Virus record (IMG/VR): IMGVR_UViG_3300037067_005176
Location: 1 to 61,080 of that record
DNA from: a virus
Taxonomy: Duplodnaviria > Heunggongvirae > Uroviricota > Caudoviricetes
DNA length: 61,080 bases
Strand: one strand, 5' to 3'
Shown: piece by piece, positions 18,079 through 26,840 of the stretch
How positions within the stretch are numbered: position 1 is the first letter of the stretch
Layout: every line of letters starts with the position of its first letter
Program-made: the position numbers and the translations under genes
The notes under the pieces: model-generated
What the model was told of the DNA's origin: nothing
What the model saw: the letters and a program-made list of their open reading frames with translations, nothing else
Database searches by the model: none

Positions 18079-18117
18079 TTAACAGGCACGCGTACACACT
18101 AGTTATACCAAGAGGGC
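18079..18117 (-). pseudogene. Orphan 5' half of a tRNA truncated in the anticodon loop
   Basis: GCCCTCT-TG-GTAT..GTAC-G-CGTGC-CTG followed directly by the endonuclease promoter. Confidence 0.5.
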
Positions 18118-18250
18118 GCAATTTAAAAACTGATTGAACTAAAGGTTGCTTCCTTTCACTACAGTAACATTTTCTATTAGCACAAAAGCCGTTACCACCG
18201 CGGCTCTTGACAAATGTTGCTTGCATTTGCATAGTGTGTTATCAGTCTTA

Positions 18251-18331
18251 AGCGGGTATCGGGATTCGGGATTCGAACCCGAACTATAACATTGGTAATG
18301 TCATATGCTAACCGTTGAACACCATACCCAC
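18251..18331 (-). tRNA. tRNA-Gly(ACC)-like with 7-nt duplication (probably pseudo)
   Basis: TGACA-TTACCAA-TGTTA; ATCCCGA duplicated after T-arm. Confidence 0.5.
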
Positions 18332-18426
18332 GAAAATTAAAAATTTTTCCGGTGACGGGCACCGTACTTGAAACAGCATTGAATAGCCTGTTACCACTAC
18401 TGATGGATGAGTTTTAAATCTCATAA

Positions 18427-18506
18427 TGCCCAGAGAGAGACTTGAACTCTCACACTTTCGTAACGGCTTCTTAGACCGTCGTGTCTGCCAATTCCACCAT
18501 CTGGGC
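18427..18506 (-). tRNA. tRNA-Leu(AAG)
   Basis: Clean cloverleaf, ACGGT-CTAAGAA-GCCGT, variable arm. Confidence 0.8.
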
Positions 18507-18603
18507 GTTTCTAAACTCGAATGTTAGAAGTTGCACCTAAAGATGAACTGAATCATCGTCTGAATCCATCGGTCCTTACGGAAGATCATTATAACAATTT
18601 TAG

Positions 18604-18677
18604 CTGGGACGACAGGCCTCGAACCTGTAGGTCAACTGAGTAACAGTCAGTCCGCTTACCAATTTGCGTACATCCCA
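18604..18677 (-). tRNA. tRNA-Asn(GTT)
   Basis: ACTGA-CTGTTAC-TCAGT. Confidence 0.85.
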
Positions 18678-18794
18678 AAACTTGTAGGTGACTTTTGATA
18701 CTGAAACGAGTACCACCTCCATCATCTCGTAACAATAGTTGTAGTGACTAGTATTTCAAACTATTGCTTTCCTTTTCAGAAACTTTTTAACTTA

Positions 18795-18861
18795 TAGCGG
18801 AGCTAGGAATTGAACCTAGAAGCATGTGGTTATGAGCCACTGCGGCACCGTGCTCCCCGCG
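18795..18861 (-). tRNA. tRNA(CAT), fMet-like with shortened D arm
   Basis: CGCGGGG acceptor, GTGG-CTCATAA-CCAC, only 67 nt. Confidence 0.6.
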
Positions 18862-19007
18862 TCAAAATAAAAGGTGACTGTCTTGTATATTATAGTTTCC
18901 TAGGTCCATAATACACCTTTGATTAGTTCTTGGTTTGAATTTCTGCCCGTCGGCTCATTCTTCATTCCATCCGGGAACAGCCTACCGGATTTCAGAACCA
19001 AATTTTA

Positions 19008-19081
19008 TAGCGAGAGGTAGGATTTGAACCTACGGCCTTCAGCTTATGAGGCTGACGAGCTAACCACTGCTCTACTCCGCG
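19008..19081 (-). tRNA. tRNA-fMet(CAT)-like
   Basis: CGCGGAG..., TCAGC-CTCATAA-GCTGA. Confidence 0.8.
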
Positions 19082-19096
19082 TCGTTAATTTAACTA

Positions 19097-19168
19097 TGCC
19101 GATACAAGGAATCGAACCTTGTTTCATCGATTAAGAGTCGATTACATCACCATTTATGTTTTATCGGC
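19097..19168 (-). tRNA. tRNA-Lys(CTT)
   Basis: ATCGA-CTCTTAA-TCGAT. Confidence 0.85.
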
Positions 19169-19185
19169 AATGATAATCTTTATAA

Positions 19186-19258
19186 TAGCGGTAGCGGGAT
19201 TTGAACCCACAGCGTCTCCGTGAAAGGGAGATGTTTTAACCATTTGAACTATACCGCC
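19186..19258 (-). tRNA. tRNA-Glu(TTC)
   Basis: TCTCC-CTTTCAC-GGAGA. Confidence 0.85.
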
Positions 19259-19276
19259 ATAATAACAAAAACTTAA

Positions 19277-19348
19277 CGAAGTGTGCGGGAGTCGAACCCG
19301 CGTCGAATCATAGACAGTGACCCATAATAACCGTTATACCAACACTCC
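19277..19348 (-). tRNA. tRNA-Asp(GTC)
   Basis: GGTCA-CTGTCTA-TGATT, G73. Confidence 0.85.
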
Positions 19349-19358
19349 AAATAACTTA

Positions 19359-19430
19359 AGCCCGATGAGGGAATCGAACCCCCTTATCCTGATTACAAAA
19401 CAGGTGTAATGACCGGTATACGAATCGGGC
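19359..19430 (-). tRNA. tRNA-Thr(TGT)
   Basis: CCTG(T)-TTTGTAA-(T)CAGG. Confidence 0.85.
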
Positions 19431-19756
19431 GCAAAGATGATTTCAGATCATTCACGTCCGTCTCATAACATAAGTTACTTCGTCCAGTAAACGTCTCTTA
19501 ATCTCATCTAAGATTTTAAAATTTCCAAATTGTCAAAAATCTTTTCGGTTGCTTGAACCGTTTTATTATGATTGCAATTTAAAAAATTCATTTTGTTTTG
19601 TCAATAGATTTTCAAAAATAATTTGTTTGTTTTTTCAATATTCATTCTCATTCGCTACTCGTCTTTAACTCACCAATGAATTCTCTTAATCTCAATCATC
19701 AAATCAACCGCGAGGATTGATTTTGTCGAAGTTGTTGTTTCAACCATCAACGAAAA

Positions 19757-19786
19757 CAAATATACAAATAAAAATGATTTTGTAAA
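19757..19786 (-). promoter_or_regulatory. Promoter upstream of tRNA cluster, TTTACA-N16-TATATTTG
   Basis: Direct motif match; terminator-like hairpin just upstream at 19855-19883. Confidence 0.55.
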
Positions 19787-20121
19787 TGGCCGGATGAATT
19801 ATTTTCAAAAAATTTTTCATCTCCATGATTCATAGTGAGAGCTTATTAGCGATAAAAAATCCTCAGCTTTTCGGCCGAGGATCAAACTCTTTATATGAAT
19901 TTTGATTCTAGACTCTTAGATTGTATCGGTTCCTTTATATGAAGGCTTAATAACCAAGGCACATGCGCCGTGATTAAATTGTTCTCTAAGATTGTTCGAC
20001 CATAACATCATAATTTTTTCTCCGTTAGAATATATATATCCGCACGCATTAAGAAATGAACTAGAAAACGAAAAGATGTATATTTTTATACACCTTTCGT
20101 TTCGCTTCCATCTAATCTTAC

Positions 20122-20214
20122 TTAAGTACCTTCCCATTCATCAAGAAGATTTTTGTTAAGACCTCTTGATTTTGCTCTTTTGATTATTCCATCATATATT
20201 ATTTGGTAATTCAT
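20122..20214 (-). pseudogene. 30-codon remnant of MNYQRIY-family HNH endonuclease
   Basis: Hand translation MNYQIIYDGIIKRAKSRGLNKNLL... Confidence 0.7.
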
Positions 20215-20239
20215 CGAATGGTTGGTACATTATGTCCTA

Positions 20240-20503
20240 TTATTTTTGTTCTATCATATAAAAATATTCATCAATAATTTCTTTTGAAATATGTTCACGT
20301 AGATCTTTATCAGTTGGAAACATAAAGCAAAGATTTTGTTTTGATTTACTATTCTTTGGATATGAAATATATGGACCTTTATCACCTTCAAAGATTTTAA
20401 TCCCTGTTAAACGAAGAACACCATCTAAAGTGACTTGTGCAAATCCTTTTAGAGCTGTAGTTGAATTATCAATTGGAAAAATCGCGATGTTTGTTACTTG
20501 CAT
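20240..20503 (-). CDS. spoVG: SpoVG-family nucleic acid-binding protein
   Basis: MQVTNIAI...LKGFAQVTLDG...GIKIFEGDKGPYISYP. Confidence 0.85.
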   Translation of the reverse strand: MQVTNIAIFPIDNSTTALKGFAQVTLDGVLRLTGIKIFEGDKGPYISYPKNSKSKQNLCFMFPTDKDLREHISKEIIDEYFYMIEQK

Positions 20504-20504
20504 A

Positions 20505-20876
20505 TTAAACTCCTTTATAGTGTTTTAAGAAACTCAACGGGATATTGTGGTGAACACCATCCGGTGGAGCGACATTATCTTTTACCCAGATTGTTCTTAA
20601 TGTACAAAAACGTTCAGAGCCGTCTTCATATAGCTTTTCAATCTTATATCTGCATATCTTATTATTAGTCGTTATTACAACATCCCCAACTTTGAATGGC
20701 TTATTATTCTCAGCAATTGATGCGTGCGATTTAAAAGAAACAACCTTCTTGGCTAATGTTGTTAAATATGTCTTTATAGAATCAGGCGTAGAATCACTTC
20801 TAACGAGTTTTTTCAAACCGTCAAATAACAAATCCCGTTGAGCCTTTAAAGTGTTATAATCATCACTAGCTGACAT
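20505..20876 (-). CDS. Hypothetical protein
   Basis: 123 aa ORF with SD. Confidence 0.5.
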   Translation of the reverse strand: MSASDDYNTLKAQRDLLFDGLKKLVRSDSTPDSIKTYLTTLAKKVVSFKSHASIAENNKPFKVGDVVITTNNKICRYKIEKLYEDGSERFCTLRTIWVKDNVAPPDGVHHNIPLSFLKHYKGV

Positions 20877-20886
20877 TTATTACCTC

Positions 20887-21549
20887 TTAAACCAATTGTT
20901 TCACAATGTCATCTGCATGTTTTTGCAAATCTTCAAATGATCCATCATTATTTATAGTATAATCCCAGCCTTTAAAATTATCAAGGCCCTTTTCGGAATC
21001 ATGTGTATAAAGATTGTTTTGAGGAATATCTCGTTCTATTCTGATAGATATTACTCGTATATTTTTATTTGAACACGATTCTTTAACCCTATTAATTTCA
21101 TTTTCAAATCGTGCATCAGTAACTAATGTGAAGTCTGTATCACATTCAATTGCTCTATTAATAACTTGATCAACCCAATGATTAACATTTACCCGGTCTC
21201 TAAAAATTTGTGTGCCATAGGTTTGTAAAAGCAATCTTGATATAAGAGTTTTATTTTCATACCAATTATCATTATGTTTAACTGTCAATTCATCAAGCAT
21301 ACCATTTGCAGCTTCAAGACTTTTAGAATCTATTGTTGAATAGCACAATTCTTCTTTAATTTTAGAAACTTGATCATTTATTTGTGCCATCATATAAGCA
21401 AAATCTTCAGAGCATCCTTTCTTCAAATCATTTGCAAATAAATCTTGTCGAACCGATTTTCCTTTACACATTAAATAAATACTCAAAAAATCTGCGAATT
21501 GATTTTTACCGCTTCGCATCTTACCTGAAATCAAAATAAAAGTTTTCAT
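20887..21549 (-). CDS. Deoxynucleoside monophosphate kinase (T4 gp1-like)
   Basis: ISGKMRSGK, FANDLK, RLLLQTYGT, VTDARFENE, HDSE. Confidence 0.85.
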   Translation of the reverse strand: MKTFILISGKMRSGKNQFADFLSIYLMCKGKSVRQDLFANDLKKGCSEDFAYMMAQINDQVSKIKEELCYSTIDSKSLEAANGMLDELTVKHNDNWYENKTLISRLLLQTYGTQIFRDRVNVNHWVDQVINRAIECDTDFTLVTDARFENEINRVKESCSNKNIRVISIRIERDIPQNNLYTHDSEKGLDNFKGWDYTINNDGSFEDLQKHADDIVKQLV

Positions 21550-21724
21550 AATACCTCATTAATTTGAATTACAAATATAACAAATTTTAAACAAAATACA
21601 ACAAAAAATCCACAAAATTAATTTTTTGTGGATTTTAAATTCACTATGTATATTTTACACAGTTTTTGATTTTATCTTTTCTGAGCGAGAAAACCTCATC
21701 CCTTCCCTAAAGGGATGAGAGCGA

Positions 21725-22126
21725 TCAACCTTGACTTTCAATATACTGTCTAATTGTCTCAGTAGATGCCTGTCCAGTAGTAGCTACAAAGTATCCATCA
21801 GACCAAAGAGTTCTCTCTTTCTAGTATATAGATCGCAGGAACGGAGTCCAACTCGACCTCCACGCATGATATGTAGTCATCATTTTAGCTAATCGAACAA
21901 AGTCCAATGGCGATTTAGTTGGATCAGAATCCACTAAAATATGAATATGATCTTTGTCTACTTCAATCTCATCAATAGTAAATGTTGATTTAGTCAATTC
22001 AATCATCTGTGATTTGATGTACTCACCGAACTTTCCATTCAGAATCTGCCTACGGTACTTTGTACAGAAGACAAAATGGTACTTGATACTGAATTTACTG
22101 TGGGACCTATGATGATACTTAAACAT
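21725..22126 (-). pseudogene. tnpA: IS200 Y1 transposase interrupted by in-frame TAG at 21821-21823
   Basis: HUH motif DHIHIL; frame continues Y*KERTLWSDGYF...IRQYIESQG with the catalytic Tyr after the stop. Confidence 0.9.
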
Positions 22127-22189
22127 TTTAATAATTTAGAAAATAAATATTGATATTCTAAATAAAAAAGATGTATATTATATAGTAGA

Positions 22190-23449
22190 ATGTTGAAAGC
22201 GTACAAATACAGATTATACCCAAGTGATGAACAGAAGGCAAGACTCACCAAGCAGTTCGGTCATTGTCGTTGGGTATATAACTGGGGACTCGCCACTAAA
22301 CAGAAAGCATATAAAGAAACAGGTAAGTCCCCTAGCAAGTTTGACCTATCTAATATGCTTCCTTCTATGAAGAAGAATCCAGAAACTGAATGGCTGAAAG
22401 AAGCAGGTAGTCAGAGTTTACAAGCCTCGCTTGAATACCTAGACATTGCATTCAATAATTTCTTTTCTAAAAGAAGTGATTTTCCTAAGTTTAAATCGAA
22501 GAATAACAGTAAGCAGAGTTATACGATCCCAAGCGGAACTGAATTAGACTTTGATCATGGTAGATTATGGCTACCTAAGTTTAAAGAAGCGATAAAGATA
22601 AAACTGAGCAGACAGATAACTGGTGATATACGAAAATCTACGGTATCTAGAAATGCATCAGGTGAATACCATATATCAATCATAGTAGAAACAGGAACTG
22701 AGATACCAGTAAAACCAAAGCTGGAATCTAAAACTGATGTACTAGGAATTGATGTAGGTATAAAAGATTTCTGCGTCACAAGTGAAGGTGAAGTTGTAGA
22801 GAATCCAAAGTTCCTGCGTTCTACGCATGATCGTTTGGTATTGTTACAGCGTAAACTGAGTCATAAGCAGAAAGGCAGCAAGAACAGAAAGAAAGCACAA
22901 CTGAAGGTAGCGAAGCTACATCAGACGATTGTGAATAAGCGAACCGATTTCCTACACAAGTTAAGCACACGACTGGTGCGTGAGAACCAAGCAATTGCCA
23001 GAGAAGACTTGAATGTGAAAGGAATGATGAAGAATCACAAATTAGCTAGATCAATCAGCGAAGTCGCATGGACTCAATTCGATTCTATGTGTACATATAA
23101 AACGGAGTGGTATGGTAAGTGGTATCTACAGATCGGTAGATTCGAGGCAAGCTCGAAAACAGGAAATGAATGTGGTCACTATTACAAGGGACTAACATTG
23201 GATCAACGATCATGGACATGCCCTGAATGTGGGATTGCCTATGATCGTGATGTCAATGCTGCTCGTAATATCCGTGACTGGGCATTCATCACATATAACA
23301 AGAATTCAGTACCCACGGACGGTGGGGAAGTTAAGTCTGTCAGACCGAAAGGTGACACGCAGAGAAAGCCTAAGAAGATTGCTTCGGGTAAGGTATCTGC
23401 GGGGCAGAAAGAAGTATCCGCAAGGACTTTAGAATCCCCGACCCTTTAG
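22190..23449 (+). CDS. tnpB: RNA-guided endonuclease TnpB
   Basis: KAYKYRLYP, RuvC GIDVG / EDLN / DRDVNAA, Zn ribbon with first Cys replaced by Gly. Confidence 0.95.
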   Translation: MLKAYKYRLYPSDEQKARLTKQFGHCRWVYNWGLATKQKAYKETGKSPSKFDLSNMLPSMKKNPETEWLKEAGSQSLQASLEYLDIAFNNFFSKRSDFPKFKSKNNSKQSYTIPSGTELDFDHGRLWLPKFKEAIKIKLSRQITGDIRKSTVSRNASGEYHISIIVETGTEIPVKPKLESKTDVLGIDVGIKDFCVTSEGEVVENPKFLRSTHDRLVLLQRKLSHKQKGSKNRKKAQLKVAKLHQTIVNKRTDFLHKLSTRLVRENQAIAREDLNVKGMMKNHKLARSISEVAWTQFDSMCTYKTEWYGKWYLQIGRFEASSKTGNECGHYYKGLTLDQRSWTCPECGIAYDRDVNAARNIRDWAFITYNKNSVPTDGGEVKSVRPKGDTQRKPKKIASGKVSAGQKEVSARTLESPTL

Positions 23450-23477
23450 GGTCGTGAGAGCGTCAAAATTCTATATT

Positions 23478-24854
23478 TTATACATATTGTGTAACTAATC
23501 GTTTCCAATTCGGCGAGCCGGATTTACGGCATTTCATAGCGCCTAAAAGTGTTCGCATGTTAGCTTGTCGTCCTTCGGTAACAGAATATTCATCCTTAAG
23601 ATATTCAAGAACTTCCTTTTTCAATTTCATTGGAGTATCTTTTTCAATGTTGTTAAGAATTGTTTCCATTCTTCTAAATACATCCTTAGATTCCAAAGTA
23701 ATATCAATTGTCATGGAACGAGAAATAACAGCTTGTTCAATTTTCTTCTTATGAATATTCGAGATGAAAATGATTTGTCCTTTGAATTCGAACTTTGAAG
23801 GATACTTGCCTTCCTCAACAATCTTTTCATTAATCTCTTCTTCTGACATTTCACCTGGATCAAATGTTGACTTTGACATCCAAGTAATTTCACGAACATC
23901 ATAAGAATCAAGAGCAGCTTTCAAAATATTTGATGCTGTATCATCCTTAAGAACTGCGTCACAGTCATCAAACAAAACAATCTGATTCTTGTGGTGATAA
24001 AGAGCACGATACAAACCGAAAGGAGATGAAGTACCTTTGAATGTTACATAACCATTTGGTTCATTCTTATGCTTTCCAAATGCTTCAAGATGTTGTGTTA
24101 CTGAATATGTTTTACCTATACCAGGCATACCCGTTACAAGTAATGATGCTTGAACACCAGATGCAACCATTTGTACAAGATCTTTAAGGTCATCAAAAAC
24201 AATATCTGGGTCAGCATATTCAGTTTTATCGAATTTCTGAATTGCTTTCTTATCTTCTGAAGAATCAATTCCTTTCTCAGAAACACCCTTCACAGTCTTA
24301 AGATATTGACCATGTACCCACTTTGCTCCACCGATAGCCATGCCTGTTCTTTTTGCGATATCTTCAGGGCTGTAACCTTTTGATGCAAGATACAATCCAG
24401 CTTCTTTTCCAGACTTGAATTCCATACCGTCAATACTTACGGTTGCTTCGCTAACAGTTGCAGTTGCGCTAAGATCAATTGTCAAACCTGGCTTAGGCAT
24501 CTTAATAATACCTGCAAGTTGAGGAATTGCTTTTGCTAAAGATACACCAGCAGTTTGGATTGTAATTGTTGGAACATCTTTAGATCCTTCTTTATCATCC
24601 CAAACGTCTATTGAATAAATCTCAGTGCTTTGGCCTTTAAACTGCCAATTGAAACGCACAGCACGATTTGTGTTTCCCAAGAAATATTTTATTCCTTGAA
24701 ATGTACCAAACTTGTTTTTATAAAGTTCTGGTCCATAAGGATAAAGCTTCATGCCAAGCGCTCTTTCAAGAATCTGTTTAATAAGCTTAATCGCGTTTTC
24801 CATATTCTTAACATTGATTGATTCTGTAATATAAAGACCATAGAAAGTTCCCAT
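23478..24854 (-). CDS. AAA+ ATPase with uncharacterised N-terminal domains
   Basis: GMPGIGKT, LFDDCD, IIFISN, AVISR; late promoter at 24883-24890. Confidence 0.75.
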   Translation of the reverse strand: MGTFYGLYITESINVKNMENAIKLIKQILERALGMKLYPYGPELYKNKFGTFQGIKYFLGNTNRAVRFNWQFKGQSTEIYSIDVWDDKEGSKDVPTITIQTAGVSLAKAIPQLAGIIKMPKPGLTIDLSATATVSEATVSIDGMEFKSGKEAGLYLASKGYSPEDIAKRTGMAIGGAKWVHGQYLKTVKGVSEKGIDSSEDKKAIQKFDKTEYADPDIVFDDLKDLVQMVASGVQASLLVTGMPGIGKTYSVTQHLEAFGKHKNEPNGYVTFKGTSSPFGLYRALYHHKNQIVLFDDCDAVLKDDTASNILKAALDSYDVREITWMSKSTFDPGEMSEEEINEKIVEEGKYPSKFEFKGQIIFISNIHKKKIEQAVISRSMTIDITLESKDVFRRMETILNNIEKDTPMKLKKEVLEYLKDEYSVTEGRQANMRTLLGAMKCRKSGSPNWKRLVTQYV

Positions 24855-24894
24855 TATTTAACCTCTCAACTAAAATTTTAATTATTTATATAGT

Positions 24895-25512
24895 TTACCA
24901 TCCATCAGACTCTGACTTTTCATCGTCATCACCTTCAACAGCTTCACCTTCAGCCTCTTCTTCAATTTGAAGGCTTTCAATTGCTTGTAATAAAGCTTCA
25001 TTGTTTCTTCCTGGAACTCCATCATATACATAGCAATCATCTTCATCATTTGTATATTGAATTACAGTCTTTTCACATATATCACATAATGTGTTTGTTT
25101 TAGGTATCTTTTCATAATCTTTATAACCGATAAAATTTCCACAAGAGCATTGGATTGTTAAACAAAAATCATCAAGATCTCCGCCATCAGCAGCTTCCAT
25201 TGCATTTATACGATCAAAGCCTTCTTCTATAACGCCTTTAGCATGTTGAACGAATTCACTATTTGACATATCTCTTAATCGTTTGCCGTCACGAGTAATA
25301 TCGTTAAATCTTTCCGATGAAAGTGTATAAAACATACTTTCACGATCAATGTTATAAACTGAAGCCGTCATATTTACGCCTTCAATAAATCCAATAAGTT
25401 GATCTTTATTTTTAATAACAATGGGAACCCACATTAGGTTCCCCCTTTCGTCTTTAGGTGCTTTATAAAATTTCAATTCGGTAGATGCCATGATAAACCT
25501 CGCTATAAACAT
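24895..25512 (-). CDS. Hypothetical Zn-binding protein with acidic tail
   Basis: CSC...CDIC; late promoter 25519-25526. Confidence 0.55.
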   Translation of the reverse strand: MFIARFIMASTELKFYKAPKDERGNLMWVPIVIKNKDQLIGFIEGVNMTASVYNIDRESMFYTLSSERFNDITRDGKRLRDMSNSEFVQHAKGVIEEGFDRINAMEAADGGDLDDFCLTIQCSCGNFIGYKDYEKIPKTNTLCDICEKTVIQYTNDEDDCYVYDGVPGRNNEALLQAIESLQIEEEAEGEAVEGDDDEKSESDGW

Positions 25513-25554
25513 TTTTAATATTTATAACGACGCCTAATGGTTAATAAAATGTAC

Positions 25555-25938
25555 TTATTTTGTTTTATATAATGAACATATATCTTTAATTTGTTCATCT
25601 GTCATCAAATCAATATAAATCTCAGCTTCTTTTGGTCCAATTTCAAAATATCTACATATAAATGATATTGAATTTTCCAAATCATTTTTTGGTTTTTTAT
25701 ATGCTTTATAATTGAAGTAATGATCGTTTTTATGGAAGAATGATGTAATATATTGATGATGTACTTTATTTGAAACTTTAAAACGATCAATTTTAGATAA
25801 AGGTAATATATAAATCGAAACAGATGATGCAAATCTATTAATCATAAATTGACTATAAGCCGATTTAAAATCTTCTTCAGCGTTATCCCAAGGAGTTTGA
25901 TTTTTAGTAACTTCTTTAAGAGTTGCAAACAAATCCAT
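25555..25938 (-). CDS. Clamp loader small subunit (T4 gp62-like)
   Basis: MDLF...YSQFMINRF...ICRYFEIG...AEIY pattern. Confidence 0.75.
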   Translation of the reverse strand: MDLFATLKEVTKNQTPWDNAEEDFKSAYSQFMINRFASSVSIYILPLSKIDRFKVSNKVHHQYITSFFHKNDHYFNYKAYKKPKNDLENSISFICRYFEIGPKEAEIYIDLMTDEQIKDICSLYKTK

Positions 25939-25986
25939 AATAAACCTCTTTCAAATTTTAAAATATAACAAAAAATTTAAAGTTTG

Positions 25987-26784
25987 TTATATTTCATGTA
26001 ATTTCTTTTCCATTTCTGACTTATTAAATGTCATCTTATCATTATAGTTTTCAGATATGTTTCTTGCGTTTTCAAATATTGATCTCATTATAGTTTTAGT
26101 TTCCAAAAGCACTTGATCGTTAATTTTAAAAAGCTCTTCTCTTGTTATCAAAAGATTGTCTGAGTAGTATGTATCAAGTCCTTCAGATATGTTATCAATT
26201 ATCAAATCAATCTTTCTTTGAAGATATTGCTCAAACTCAACATTTGATAAATCCAAAAAATGATTTTCTTTTAAAGCTTTTTTAATAATTCCATCTTTAA
26301 TCTTTGATAATAAAATATAATATATCAACATTCTATAAAATTTATAATCAGAATGATCCTTTGCTGAAATTATTCCAATATTTAACTTGTTTGAAATATA
26401 TCTTGAATATTGTTTGCATAACAATATTCTTAGCTCCGAAACTTTCTCTTCAGCAAAATTCATTTGTTGTAAAATAAGATCCTTTTTAATTGAATTTTGT
26501 TCTTCCGAAAATCCATTAACTATAGCTTTCGCTTTTTCAACATAAAGATCTTTCTTTGAACAGTCATTGCATTGATTTAGTTGAGTAATTTTATTGCTTT
26601 TATTCTTTTCGGTATTTTTAGTATCAAATGATATACCAAACTGAAATTTCCCAAGATTTACATTCATCCCTTTACCAGTAATTAAACTATATAAAACATA
26701 TATTATAGTTATAATTGTTATAGCAATAAAAACTGGTATACTAATGCCTAACGCTGATGCCATCGTACTTAAAAATGTCGTCAT
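25987..26784 (-). CDS. Single-TM membrane protein, possible holin-like
   Basis: N-terminal TM, late promoter 26821-26828, adjacent to amidase. Confidence 0.4.
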   Translation of the reverse strand: MTTFLSTMASALGISIPVFIAITIITIIYVLYSLITGKGMNVNLGKFQFGISFDTKNTEKNKSNKITQLNQCNDCSKKDLYVEKAKAIVNGFSEEQNSIKKDLILQQMNFAEEKVSELRILLCKQYSRYISNKLNIGIISAKDHSDYKFYRMLIYYILLSKIKDGIIKKALKENHFLDLSNVEFEQYLQRKIDLIIDNISEGLDTYYSDNLLITREELFKINDQVLLETKTIMRSIFENARNISENYNDKMTFNKSEMEKKLHEI

Positions 26785-26840
26785 TATAAAACCTTATGAA
26801 ATGAATTGTTTCCATAAGATTATTTATAATCGACTAATCA

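Larger units (their letters stand above)
21686..23466. mobile_element. IS200/IS605-family element (divergent tnpA and tnpB)
   Basis: Subterminal hairpins 21695-21719 and 23436-23456, right end TCAA at 23463-23466; left boundary approximate. Confidence 0.85.

Noticed and set aside
19435-19509. Hammerhead ribozyme
   Set aside because: CTGGACGA...GAGAC resembles but does not match the CUGANGA...GAAA core
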